Shown here one piece after another: positions 13,391 through 26,607 of a DNA stretch of 64,000 nt (position 1 is the stretch's first letter; each line of letters starts with the position of its first letter). The position numbers and the translations under genes are program-made. Source of the stretch: Octopus sinensis. Its lineage: Eukaryota. The notes under the pieces were generated by a model. That model did not search any database. It saw nothing but the letters and a program-made list of their open reading frames with translations, and was not told the DNA's origin. Location: assembly GCF_006345805.1 (NCBI RefSeq), contig NC_043012.1, positions 14,136,001 through 14,200,000 on the forward strand, in the 5' to 3' direction.

Positions 13391-14200
13391 AAGGCGACGC
13401 GCAGGCAGAACCGGCAGTATGCCGGACAAAATGCTTTCATCGTGTTTCTTCCGCATCTTTAAGTTCTGAGCTCAAATTTCGCCGAGATCGATGTTGCCGT
13501 TCATCCTCTTGGAGTCGATCAAATTAAGTACTATTTGAGAACTGGGATTGGTATAATTGCATAACATCCTCCACAATAGTTTCAGACCTTCTACATATAG
13601 TGGAAAGGGATATTATTATTTCATGGAAGAAGACGGCGAGCTGGCAGACACGTTAGCAGGCCGGGCGAAATGCTTAGCAGTATTTCGTCTGCCGCTAGGT
13701 TCTGAGTTCAAATTCCGCCGAGGTCGACTTTACTTTCATCCTTGCGGGGGTCGATTAAATAAGTACCAGTTACACACTGGGGTCGATATAATCGACTTAA
13801 TCCATTTGTCTGTCCTTGTTTGTCCTCTCTGTGTTTAACCTGTTGTGGGTAGTAAAGAAATAGGTATTTCACCCGTCGCTACGTTCTGAGTTCAGATTTC
13901 GCCGAGGTCAACTTTGCCGTACATCCTTTCGGCGTCGATAAATTAAGTACCAGTGAAATTTTAGGGTCAATATAATCGACTAGTCTCCTCCCTCAAAACC
14001 TCAGGATGTGTGCCTATAATAGAAAAGATTATTTCATGGAAGGCGGCGAACTGGGTGAAATGGTAACGCAGCAGACGTTTCACAGCAATTCTTCTGGCTC
14101 TACGTTTTGATTCAAATAGTACGGATTACCACTTTGTTATTCATCAATTTGGGTCAACAAGTACTGGGATGGAGGTAAACGATTATTCCGCCTCACTTAA
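13391..14200 (+). mobile_element. Cluster of SINE family A copies, including the head-body-tail1-body-tail2 dimer at 13633-14030
   Basis: Repeated GAGTTCAAATTCCGCCGAGGTCGACTTT.CTTTCATCC...GTCGATAAATTAAGTACCAG. This central block resembles the Meta/MESC SINE domain (recalled, not verified). Confidence 0.9.
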
Positions 14201-14400
14201 AATGCTAAATGTGTCGATTCCCGTTTTCTTTCGTTACCCTATATATATATATATATATATATACATATATTAACTACTATGTTTCGAGGAGGTAAACAAA
14301 GTATTACCAGTTATCAGCAAGTGAGGGATAAAAACAAACAAATACTTGACTTTATTGAGAAGAAATCTTGGAATAAAACTGAACAATGACATACATATAT

Positions 14401-14778
14401 AAGAAGCTTGGTTCCAAACAAGATGGTTCCGGGTTCAGTCCCACTCCATAGCATCTTGGGCAAATGTCCTCTATTACAGCCTCGGGCTGACCAAAGCCTT
14501 GTGAGTGGAATTGGTAGACGGAAACTGAAAGAAGCCTGTCGTATGTATATGTATATATGTATGTGTATGTGTCTGTGTTTGGTGCCACCATCACTGCTTG
14601 ATAACCGATGGTGGTGTGTTTACGTCCCCGTAAATTAGTGGTTGGAGAAAAGAGACCGACAGAATAAATACCAGACTTTTAAAAATAGGTCCTGGAGTCG
14701 ATTTGCTTGATTTTAAGAACCTCCAAAGCAGTGCTCCATCATGGCGGCAGTCAACTGATTGAAACAAGTAAAAGAATA
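14401..14778 (+). mobile_element. SINE family B followed by a (TACA)n tail to 14856
   Basis: Family B head, body and tail. Confidence 0.9.
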
Positions 14779-15972
14779 CATACATACATACATACATACA
14801 TACATACATACATACATACATACATACATACATACATACATACATACATACATACATGTGTGTAACTCTGGCTATTGGAGGGTTCAGTTTGAGTGACTGG
14901 CAATTTTATGATGTGATATTGGAAGGAGGATCCTATTAATCTGAAATGGAATATTTTCTGAGGAATATAGCATGTCGGAATGTCAACTTCAGTTGTGAAT
15001 GTGATATATAGCTGAGGACAAAAAGCTTTAAGGAGTATTCCTGGCTATAGAAACGATGATAGTGATAGATGCAGGGGAGGCAAGATAATTTTATGGAAAG
15101 TTTCACTTACTTGGAGTCAGACAAAGGTATACTGCCAGAATGAGAGAGAAGGAGAGATGGGGAATGATAAAAGGTAGCATCAGGCGTGTCCTGGGATCGA
15201 CATAGCCTACTTATGCCCCTTCCTTCAGATTTGTTGGCCTTGAAACCAACATCAGACTGGTGTCCCGTTCATTGGAGTAGGGCTGACCTCTCAGTCGTTT
15301 ATATGCCATAGAAACAGCGTAACCGAGCATATGAGTCCTAGATTTTAAGTAAAACTCAAAAGAAACATGATAGCTGATAAAACTGACGAATATGAAGGAC
15401 AACTTTTCAACGAAGAATGCATGTTTTTCTATTCCTGGATGAATCTGTTTAAATTGAGATAAAATTGTAGGCGTCAGGCTAAGTGTCTAGGCGTTGACGT
15501 GTTGTTACATTAGGGTTAACGATACGCAGCTGTTCTTAGAGCGATGGATGAAGGCAGCCGGTCAAATAGAGAGGTGAATAAGGAAGCACTGACGCGTAAA
15601 CAAAGAAGTCTATATATCTGATAAACATATGTCATATGTACATAATTACACAGACACAAACACACATGCACACACACATACACCCACACATATAACTTTG
15701 ATACCTGTGATAGATCTCGGCCAGTATACGCCCAGCGCTCTGTCTAACTTAATAGCACCACCTGATGCTATTATATATATATATATATATATATAATATA
15801 TTATATATATATATATATATATATACAAAGAGCAATAAAGATTCAAGTTAATTTAAAAAATTTACTTGAATATGGTACCTAACTTAGATGCACCAAAAAA
15901 ACAATACCGATTTAACAATACAGTAATGTGGGGTGATTATAAGCGAGAAAGAAGCAACAAGAATGGATAGGT

Positions 15973-16060
15973 TTTAGTACGATCGTTTCATACAAGGACA
16001 GGTTTTATTAAAGTTGCAAAGATTACAGCATATAAACGAGTCCCGTACTCATCAGCTAAA
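15973..16060 (-). ncRNA. Type I hammerhead ribozyme (minimal Penelope type), left arm
   Basis: Reverse complement of the motif at 16916-17003, with all core nucleotides identical. Confidence 0.75.
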
Positions 16061-16915
16061 TACATGTAAGTTCTCTAGACATCCTAGTGTTTGAGGCTAT
16101 ACTCATGAAGTAATGTAGATAATTAAACAGATTTCTAAAGTTCATTAAAGTTCTTAAAGATGATGTATAGTCTTATCACAGAATTTTAAAAAGTTTTGAT
16201 AGCATCACAGAGAAGGTGACCTAATCCATATGATTTCCATAGATATGATGAGGGATTATATACTCACAGAAGACAAATTTATCCATTGTTATTAGCATTA
16301 CAGAGAGGGTGAATTAATCCTTTGTATATATGCACATTCCAATGGTGTAGATGTAAATTTCCAGAGAAATGGAGATGATTTCATATTCACAGGCGATAAA
16401 TTTTACAATGGTTGAACACAATGAGGTAGGTACCAATCCTTGTCATATGATTAGGTGTTTGCCATATTAATCACATTACTGCTATTCACAAGAGGCTGTA
16501 GCTATTAATATGGCAAACACCTAATCATATGACAAGGATTGGTACCTACCTCATTGTGTTCAACCATTGTAAAATTTATCGCCTGTGAATATGAAATTCA
16601 TCTCCATTTCTCTGGAAATTTACATCTACACCATTGGAATCTGTGCATATATACAAAGGATTAATTCACCCTCTCTGTAATGCTAATAACAATGGATAAA
16701 TTTGTCTTCTGTGAGTATATAATCCCTCATCATATCTATGGAAATTCATATGGATTAGGTCACCTTCTCTGGATGCTATCAAAACTTTTTTAAAATTCTG
16801 TGATAAGACTATACATCATCTTTAAGGAACTTTAATGACTTTAGAATCTGTTTAATATCTACATACTTCATGAGTATAGCCTCAAACACTAGGATGTCTA
16901 GAGAACTTACATGTA

Positions 16916-17003
16916 TTTAGCTGATGAGTACGGGACTCGTTTATATGCTGTAATCTTTGCAACTTTTAATAAACCTGTCCTTGTATGAAACGATCGTACT
17001 AAA
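16916..17003 (+). ncRNA. Type I hammerhead ribozyme (minimal Penelope type), right arm
   Basis: TTTAG-CTGATGA-GTAC...GTAT-GAAA-C-GATC-GT-A-CTAAA. Stem I is TTTAG/CTAAA, stem II is GUAC/GUAU plus extension, and stem III is short with a palindromic GATC loop. Predicted cleavage at GUA, after 16998. Confidence 0.75.
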
Positions 17004-17057
17004 AAACTATCCATTCTTGTTGCTTCTTCTCTCGCGTATATATATATATATATATAA

Positions 17058-17163
17058 AAGAAGAAGAAGAAGAAGAAGAAGAAGAAGAAGAAGAAGAAGA
17101 AGAAGAAGAAGAAGAAGAAGAAGAAGAAGAAGAAGAAGAAGAAGAAGAAGAAGAAGAAGAAGA
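17058..17163 (+). repeat. (AAG)n microsatellite
   Basis: Pure trinucleotide run of about 35 units. Confidence 0.99.
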
Positions 17164-17407
17164 ATAGGGAGTATAACTCCAAACTTACAGGGAAAAATTC
17201 ATTTAGTATTAAATGAAATTTCACATTGTAAATATATAGTATATATAAATTAGAAAAAAACCAGTATTGCTTATTATATATTGTTTATTTTTGTAATTTT
17301 TGTGATCTAGTTATATGTCTTAAGCTATATTTTATTTTTCATTTATTATTTGGTTTATGTCTATCATTGTTTGAATTGCATAATAGTTGTTTTTTTCTCT
17401 AATTTAT

Positions 17408-17497
<90 letters not shown>
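17408..17497 (+). repeat. (GATA)n microsatellite
   Basis: Pure tetranucleotide run. Confidence 0.99.
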
Positions 17498-17501
<4 letters not shown>

Positions 17502-18472
17502 AATGCAAGTGTACACTTACTCAGGCACAAGCATCGAGAGGTGGTGAAGAAGCAAAAGATATCTAACAGAAAAAAAATACACTACCACAGCATGGCCGCA
17601 ATATAATGACTGGAACAAGTAGAAGGAACCGAATTGGGAGCTTACTGTGAAAACCGCTCGATTCTCTGAAGCGAACTTTTCTAAAAGCATTCTTTGTACG
17701 TGCGTCTGCGCCTGTGTGCGCGCATGTGTGTGCGCGCGTGCATAGCGTGTGCTTGTGTGTCTATGTGTGTGGCGTCGGGAGAGAGAGATTGGTTGCATAA
17801 TTTAACCTATCAGAACATAGTCTAGAAGGCAGTGTTTCTCAGAATTTCTCTTAGTCATGGCAAGAAGAAATTTCTGTTTTCTATATGACTCTATTGTATT
17901 AATAATCATTTTCCTTAGTGGCTGTCTTGATTTCTTATTTAGCATTGATTTCATCATCGCTTCTCTGGATATTGCTCTCATTCATTGTTGGTTTGGACTT
18001 GCTTCATGCTTTCATAGTTTTTCTTTGTTTGTGTGTTTATTTTCTTGTTTTTGTTTTAGAAACGTTATTGCTATTTGTGTTCTATCTCAGTCCAATCGTT
18101 AGGACATCGGACAAAAGAAACACAAATCTGTGTGGAGTAGTTTCTTTTTTTTGCTGTTTTTCTTCTCTTTCTGCGTAGATTCCAAGCCAAAATATATATA
18201 TATCCCATATGTGTTTGAGTGTCTGATGTATGTGTGTTTGTGTGTATGTGTGTGTGTATGCGTGTGTATGTGTGCGGGATGAATGCGTGTGTGTGCATGA
18301 GTGTGTGTGTAAATGTGTGCGTGTGTGTGTGTTTGTATATCGGTGTGTATTCAATGGAATTTATTAATATATACGCATGAATATTTACGTCCCTAAACAT
18401 AGATTAATAGATAGATACGTACATACATAGACTGAGAGATAGATATACAAGCATATATACTTATATATACAT

Positions 18473-18522
<50 letters not shown>

Positions 18523-18579
18523 GCCTATATATGTATATATATAGAGAGAGAAGGGGAGAGAGAAAGTGATGATATATAT

Positions 18580-18722
18580 TCTTTTCTAGTCTAGCCATAA
18601 GGCCCGAAATTTTGGGGGGAAGGCGCCAGTCGATTAGATCAAATCCAGTAGGCAACTGATATTTAATTTATCAACTCCGAAAGGACGAAAGGCGAAGTCG
18701 ACCTCGGCGGGATTTGAACTCA
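18580..18722 (-). mobile_element. SINE family A fragment (tail 2)
   Basis: GAAAGGACGAAAGGCGAAGTCGACCTCGGCGGGATTTGAACTC. Confidence 0.85.
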
Positions 18723-18996
18723 TAGATGATATATATTAATATGAACCTCATCCGTATACAAAAGATATAACGTTAGAGACATACACATATAAGTGTATAT
18801 GTGTGTATGTGCAGATATGTGTGCATATAAATGTAAGTATATGCATTATCTTTAAATATTACACACCCATATACATACATACACATCCTAACACAGACAC
18901 ACACTCGTACGCACTAACACAAACAAACAAAATCAGACACACGCAGATACATATTTATGCACACATACATACACACAAGCATCTATATGTATACAC

Positions 18997-19053
<57 letters not shown>

Positions 19054-19602
19054 AATACATACACCCACCCACGCACACAGAATACATACACACACATATA
19101 TATACACATGCACACATACACACAACCATATGCAGATTAGTGTGAGTGCGTACTTATATGCATGCGTATCTGTATGTAGCTGCGTGAGTGTCAGAGTGCG
19201 TAGTGCGTATGTATGTGTGGTGTGTGTGTATGTTTGTTTGTTTGTGCGCGCGTGTGTGTAAAAGTAGTTACAAATACAATACCGAACGGCATTCAAAGAA
19301 CGGCACAAAATAAGTTCCTCGTGTTTAGATTAGTTCCGAAGATTTGGGGGCGATCGAGATAATTTGTCAGTAGCTATGAAAGAAAAATGTTATATTGATA
19401 GTAATGTAGCTTCGATCGATATTTATGATAATCTGATGAAGTAAAGAAAAAAGATTGTGTACACTTCACTAGATATTTCCGTGATGGATTCAGACAGCCG
19501 TTTGTTGGTGAGTTGTCAAAACATATGTTAGGCTATATCGCTATTAATGTGTACGAAGACAGACAACATACACACACCTACACACAATTATGTGTATATG
19601 TA

Positions 19603-19639
<37 letters not shown>

Positions 19640-19823
19640 TTTATATATTAATAAATATTATATATATAATATAATATATATATATATATTAATATATATT
19701 ATATATAATATATATATATGTATATATATGTTATACAAAAACTGTCTGTTTATCATTTGTTATGCAAGCATACACAAACACGCAGAATATATTTCATAGA
19801 TACACACATATATATATTTATAT

Positions 19824-19873
<50 letters not shown>

Positions 19874-21003
19874 TGTATGTGTGTTTGTGTGTATGTACAT
19901 ATGTGTGTATGTGCGTGTGTCTGCTTGTGCGTGTATGTTTGTGAGAGAGAGAGAGAAAGAAAAAGAGAGAAGATCATTTCTTCTATTTCTTTATTTCGTT
20001 TTTTTTTTTGGTTAGTGTTTGTTATGACTCAATTACCTAACAATAAACCCTCCTATCATATAATCCGCATAATCATCATCATCATCATCATCATCGTAGC
20101 CGTCGTCGTCATCATAATTATCATCATCATCATCAACATCATCATCATCATCGTTCTCCTTGTACTTGTCATTTTAACTACACAGCTTACATTCTGCAAA
20201 TTTTATACTCTTGAAAGTTTGTGAGAATTAGTTTTGCTATATTCGACTTGTATGTAACCCACGATTTTTCTCTTTGACCTGAGAGGAAGAAACAGGGTGC
20301 GGTGGCGGGGTCGAAAACGAACTGTCAAACGGTTCTTCCTCTCCTCCTCCTCCTTCTCCCCCTCCCACTACGTCACTACGACCTAAATATTTACATCACA
20401 TCCACTGTACCACAAACAGAATTTTCAGTGCCACCACGTTTATCACATTTACCACACAACCACCGGCAATGTTATCGCGTCCTTTGTCCTGAAAACCACA
20501 AACAGTCGGCTTTCTAGAAATAGCAGCCAAATAACTCATAAATTACTTAACTCCTTAGTTACGTTATTTTAAACGGAACTCACTAAATAAGCAGCCATGA
20601 ATGTCCCCAATAAGAACGGGAGCTCCAAGATTCCATTGCCTTTGATCTTAAATCGGTTCAATAGGAGTTCATTAAAGCTTTATTAAAAAAAAGAAGACTA
20701 CGGTAACATCAGGTATGACTGCGTAGTTTAGAAGGTAGCTTTGCAGTCACGTGGTTTCGAGGTTATCCGACTGCGCGTGTCTTGTAATATAGCCTCGTTC
20801 TAATCTATGTCTCTTAAAAAGCATTTCCTTATTTGGTCGATTGATATTGTTTGGAAACTGTCGTTAGCCACTACACACATTTTTTCTCTCCTTTTTTGTC
20901 TCCTTGTTTCTCTCCTTGTTTTTTCTCTGTCCCTTTCTGTAGAAGAGCGTAGGCTCGAAACGAAACTTTCCATATATATATATATGTATATATTATATAT
21001 ATA

Positions 21004-21045
<42 letters not shown>

Positions 21046-21133
21046 ATATATATATTATAATATATATCCATATATATAATATATACATATATATAATATA
21101 TATATATATAATATAATATAATATATATATATA

Positions 21134-21172
<39 letters not shown>

Positions 21173-21594
21173 TTATATATATATATATAATATAATATAT
21201 GATGATGATGATAATAATCTAGGGATGGAATCTATAAATGTTTTAATGCATCGTTATGTGCGTTTCTTCACTTCGTATGTTTCTTACGGCATAGTCCACA
21301 TTCCTGAGGACTGTCTAATCGATGGGCATAAGGGTGGGTTCATCCCTTCGTTTCTTCAAGCGATGTAGCTTTAAAGTTGAAAGTAACAAATGTTTAACTG
21401 AAGGATGTTTATCAATTTTCACCAATCACAAGTCGCATTTGGGTATGTGAGCAGTTCTGTGTGTATTTGGTAGGGAAGAAGAGAAGGTGATGGAAAGACA
21501 GAAAGTGTGTGTGTATGTGAGTGTATGTTCTTTCAGTGCGAATGGTTTTGATATACTGTGCCGTGTTTACAATCCTATGAATAATAATAATAAT

Positions 21595-21805
21595 AATAAT
21601 GGTATTTATATAAACTTAAAGCTTGTGACGAACATCGTGGAATTACTAAGGAAAATAGTCTAATATAGGAGCATATAAGCTTACGACAGAAAAAAAAGCT
21701 TTCCTATCCGCGTGGGATCGAACCCACCTTACTTTGTTAACGCGACAACATAGTCATTGCACGGTGATCGCCATAAGCTTTAGGCTTATATAAATACCAT
21801 TATTA
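21595..21805 (-). mobile_element. TIR-bounded 210-bp element with an internal tRNA-like B-box; related partial copy at 21940-22060 (+)
   Basis: TIRs AATAATGGTATTTATATAA.C.TAAAGCTT.TG.CGA.CA.CGTG of ~45 bp. Internal GGGTTCGATCCC on the minus strand. Confidence 0.7.
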
Positions 21806-22069
21806 TTGTTTAGAATATTGTAAAATGCGGCACCATATATTAAAACTATTCGTACCAAAAACATATAGAAAGTCTGTTTACATAAAACAAATAGGAACAA
21901 ATATAGTTCTTAAATTTGACAGAAGCAGCGAAGCTAATTCGGTGGTGTAAAGGTAACACACTTAGTCGGGTTGAGTTCCACGTGGATAGGAAGGTATTCT
22001 TTTTCTGTCGTGGGCTTATATATTCGTAGATTATTTCCCTTTGTCATTGCAGGGTGAGAATCTGCATGT

Positions 22070-22697
22070 TATGGTGGAACACCATGTTTAATTACCAGGG
22101 GATACAGTGTGGTATGGCTTATCATCAAGAGGATTAATTGGACCATTCATTTTTGACGCTACTGTGACTGGTCCCTTTCATTTCAACTTGACGTAACGGT
22201 CTGTCATGCCAAGAATTAGAGAAGGCTTCGAAGATGGGGAGCTTCATTTTAAGCAAGATAGTACACTCCCACACTTCATTCGAGCTGTTAGATCCGTCCT
22301 TGATTGGATTTTGTCAAACAGGTTGGTTGGACGAAAGGGTTTTGTTGAATACCCTCCACATTCACCAGATCTCCCACCACTAGACTCTTTGAGGGGGATA
22401 TATAAAAGACAAAGTTTACGCTATGAAACTTTTGCAACAGTCGCTGATTTGAGAGCAGCCATTGAACGTGAATGCACACAAATACCAAAAGAATTGTTTT
22501 GATATGTTTGTGATTCCATTGCTTTGCATTGGCAGCAGTGCCTGCACCAGAACAGATGTCAGTTTGAAAACAGGCGTTGACAAACCAATAAAATAATGTC
22601 TGTAGATTCTATTAAATTTTGAAGATGAAATGTATTTTAATAAACACCGACTTTACAATTATTTAAAGTGTGTATACATTTCTTTGGGACACCCGGT
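22070..22697 (+). mobile_element. Tc1/mariner-superfamily 3' fragment, DD41D (rosa-like) catalytic spacing
   Basis: ORF 22206-22502: KQD...EYPPHSPDLPPLD with 41 residues between the two D. Upstream [17 protein letters not shown]. 3' TIR-like TTTGGGACACCCGGT at ~22683-22697. Confidence 0.85.
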
Positions 22698-22959
22698 GCT
22701 ATATACATGCCGTTGTGAATGTGAATGGTGACGGTTATTCCATTCATGTTTATAAGTATTAGCTAAGAGCAAATGGTGACATTTGATCATTTCAACAAAT
22801 TACGAGGACTGCCGCAAATATTGCCAGATATTGCGAGAAGTTATCGACACAAAATGGAATCCAATGAAGGATTGATTTAATTATGGCTGACATTGTCGTC
22901 TGTTAGAGTTTTCTTAATATACTTTCCTTTGATATCACATAATTTCTTACTCTTTCTTG

Positions 22960-22998
<39 letters not shown>

Positions 22999-23190
22999 CC
23001 TCTCCCCCTCTCTCTCTTTCTCTCTCCTTGTGTCACGTTTTTTGTCGTTTTGTTATTTTTACGATTTGTAGTTCTTCTGCCTTCTACGAAATCGAAATTG
23101 CTTCAAAATTTCTCATTAGGATAATCCGCCTGTTTTATGCGTGATCATATCTTTCACTTCCTTCATCATCACAATCATCATAATCATCAT

Positions 23191-23232
<42 letters not shown>

Positions 23233-23764
23233 CATCTTCAGCATCATTATCGTCGTCGACGACGTCTTTGTCATGTCGTCTTTTTCAGAATCGTCAGCAT
23301 CTTCATCATCACAGATCAATAACATTTTCGAATATGTCGTCGCCGTCGTCCTCCTAATCGTCATTCATTATCATCGATATTATCATCACATGATCTTTAT
23401 TAATAACCAGCATCACCACAACCAGCACCATCATCATTATCAATATCACCATCCTGTTCAGTTTCATTTTATTTCTTTACGTGTAGACGAAGTAGATTTT
23501 TTTCCATTGACAAATATATTAATTTTTGTCATAAATATATGTCTAGGTTTGTGTTTATTGGTTGTTAGGTGTTTGTATACATCAATGTTTACGTTATATA
23601 TGTGAACTCCGATTCCAAATATATATCATGACAAATGGTGTTATTAAACTTAGAAACACTATTATCTTGCTAGATTTTTGGAACTGATATACAGTTAACC
23701 CTAAGCATATCGCTCAATGGGTACATAGCGGTTCCCCTATCACATTGCTGCTACCAGTGCCTAT

Positions 23765-23997
23765 AAGGCGACGAGCTGGCAGAAACGTTAGCACGCCGGG
23801 CGAAATACTTAGCGGTGTTTCGTCTGTCGTTACGTTCTGAGTTCAAATTCCGCCGAGGTCGACTTTGCCTTTCATCCTTTCGGAATCGATAAATTAAGTA
23901 CCAGTAACGCACTGGGGTCGATGTAATTGACTTAATCCCTTTGTATGTCCTTGTTTGTCCCCGCTGTATTTAGCCCCTTGTGGGCAATAAAGAAATA
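23765..23997 (+). mobile_element. SINE family A monomer (tail 1)
   Basis: Complete head, body and tail-1 match. Confidence 0.92.
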
Positions 23998-25566
23998 AGA
24001 AACACAATAAATAATAAATGTTACATCAAGAGATGCCACGTAGTGATTCGATCTACATGAATAGGTCATCGAATTTTATTCAAATTATATCCTGCTTTTA
24101 TTTTTGAAATAAAAACCACTCAGACATTCCAGAAAGAAAACCCATAACGCTATGTCTGAGTAAAAGACAGGATGTTCAAGGATGGTAAATTTTAATGGGT
24201 GGAACTGAACAACAAGAACGCCAACAAAAAGAAATTTTAACAATTACAACTTTCTCCTGATTGACTACAGGTATCGTTATCAAACCCGTTGCATAGTGTT
24301 CGTTATTTCGTCCGTCAAAATATTGGTTTTCTTTTTATTTATTTTTTTCATTCTATTTTTTAAGCAAGGCTAATTTAAGAATGGGAAGATATGAAATTAA
24401 TGGAGTTTAGGAAGGGCGAATGCCTTCGCAAAAATACAAGCGATCAAAGGATACTGAGCCCATCGGGAAAATTAAGAATTTCACAGTCAAGAAACTCGAC
24501 GCTTTCGCCTATTATCTAGAAGGCCTTTGATCCAAAGTGAACGTGTCTTTTCCCGGGATGAAAATTGGAAAGCCTGACTTTTACAATTTTTACTTCAAGC
24601 TAAACTGGAAATCAATGCTGTAATATATTCAATATATCATTAGTATTGTACTTTACATGCAAGATTGATATATTCATGCCAAAGGACATTAGAATTCAAT
24701 TACTGTATAATCACTGAAGGCTATTAGTATACAGTTTCTGTAATGATTCATATATAAACTTCCGTTTCAAATTGAAAACTACAGTTGAAATTAAGTTAAA
24801 CAATATCTCCCATGAAGACAATTGCAAATAAAATGTATGGGTCACCCAACAGACAACAAAAGGGATGCCATGTGTGAATTATGCGCACACATACATTCAC
24901 ATATACACCATATAGAAATACATTATATTATTACAATTTTTTTTTTTATTTCCTTTTCATTCTTTCATTGTTTCCATTCATTCTATTGGAAGAAAGATAA
25001 TTCTTTCTGTTGTACAAATCTCATTTGGTGTTCTTAGCATTCAATATATTTAGAATAAAGGAAAAAAATATTACTCTTGAAACAGCTTAAAACGCCTCAT
25101 TCTTATTATGTGGAATCACATTAATCAGAATTAAGCTCCGATAATAGATAAATATTGTTACACACCTACACAAACACAAACACACACACAAGCAAATTCA
25201 CACACACGACTACATGAATACATACGTACATGTATTATGCATACATACATACACACACATACACACACACACGCACACATATATATATATATATATATCC
25301 TATTGACGCCCAATGTATTTAACATGTATTACACGTGTGGGTGCGTGGGTGTGTGAGTGGGTGTTATATACTTTATACGTAAATTTACAGTCAGAATTTA
25401 TTTACTTTAATTTAAGAATTTTGATTTATTGTTCATTGATTTCAATTAGCCTATGGTCTTGATTGAGCTATTACTCACTTCAATTATATGTGTGTGTTTA
25501 AATGTTTTATCTCACCATAATTTTCCAATTTCCCCCCTCTTTCGTGACTACAAAGTATTCCATCTT

Positions 25567-25799
25567 AGGCGGCGAGCTGGCAGAATCGTTAGCACGCCGG
25601 GCGAAATGCGTAGCCGTATTTCGTCTGCCGTTACGTTCTGAGTTCAAATTCCGCCGAGGTCGACTTTTGCCTTTCATCCTTTCGGAGTCGATAAATAAAG
25701 TACCAGTCACGCACTGGGGTCGATGTAATCGACTTAATCCGTTTGTCTATCCTTGTTTGCCCCCTCTATGTTTAGCCCCTTGTGGGTAATAAAGAAATA
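25567..25799 (+). mobile_element. SINE family A monomer (tail 1)
   Basis: Complete head, body and tail-1 match. Confidence 0.92.
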
Positions 25800-26212
25800 T
25801 ATAAAATTATTCCATCTTCAGTTAAGAAAGAATTTGTCATAATGACACACGAAAGAACAGCCTAGATATGAATTCATGTGAGTAACCTCCTTCCCGCCAT
25901 TCACGGGCCTAAGATAATGGGTCATAGTCTAAATCAGTAGTTCTCTACCATTTTTTTTTGTCTATTGACCCTTTCCATTCCTAATTTACTCTGTTGGACC
26001 CTCATAGTCAGCCAATGTTTAAATCAAAACCTATTATATTTTTAGAATTGAATATTATTAGGAATTGTATTTTAGAAATATTGAAATATTTTGTGTAATG
26101 TAGTTGTATAATCAACTTTATTACACATACATTTTAACAACACAATGTTATATTTAACAACACAATGTTATATTGTACCCCAACTGAGAACCATTTTGTC
26201 TGAGTAAACTAT

Positions 26213-26607
26213 TTACTTACTTGCTTCAGTCATTTGACTGCGGCCATGCTGGAGCACTGCCTTCAGTTGAGCAAATCGACTCCAGGACCTATTCTTCGGA
26301 AGCCTAGTACTTATTCCATCGTTCTCTTTTGCCGAACCGCTAAGTTACGGGACGTAAACCCACCACCACCATCGGTGGTCAAGCGATGTGGGGGGATACA
26401 GACACACAAACATATACACACACATACATATATATACGTATATACGACGAGATTCTTTCAGTTTCCGTCTACCAAATCCACTCACAAGGCTTTGGTCGGC
26501 CTGAGGCTATAGTAGAAGACAATTGCCCAAGGTGTCACGCAGTGGGAATGGACCCAGAACCATGTGGTTAGTAAGCAAGCTACTTACCACACAGCCATTC
26601 CTGCGCC
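26213..26607 (-). mobile_element. SINE family B
   Basis: Reverse complement of the family B consensus. Confidence 0.9.

Larger units (their letters stand above)
15943..17035. repeat. 1.09-kb foldback: ~530-bp inverted arms (15943-16471, 16504-17035) with a 32-nt spacer; probable Penelope-like terminal repeat
   Basis: The arms are reverse complements and differ almost only by 1-2 nt indels. The structure is flanked by (TA)n. Confidence 0.97.

Noticed and set aside
14870-15600. Possible CR1/L2-type LINE 3' fragment (minus strand)
   Set aside because: Only faint motif similarity (IYHYHRFYSQEYS), not enough to annotate without a profile search.
24440-24600. LWIKGLLDNRRKRRV on the minus strand, like a LINE RT segment
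   Set aside because: A single short motif; the flanking RT motifs are not convincingly recoverable.
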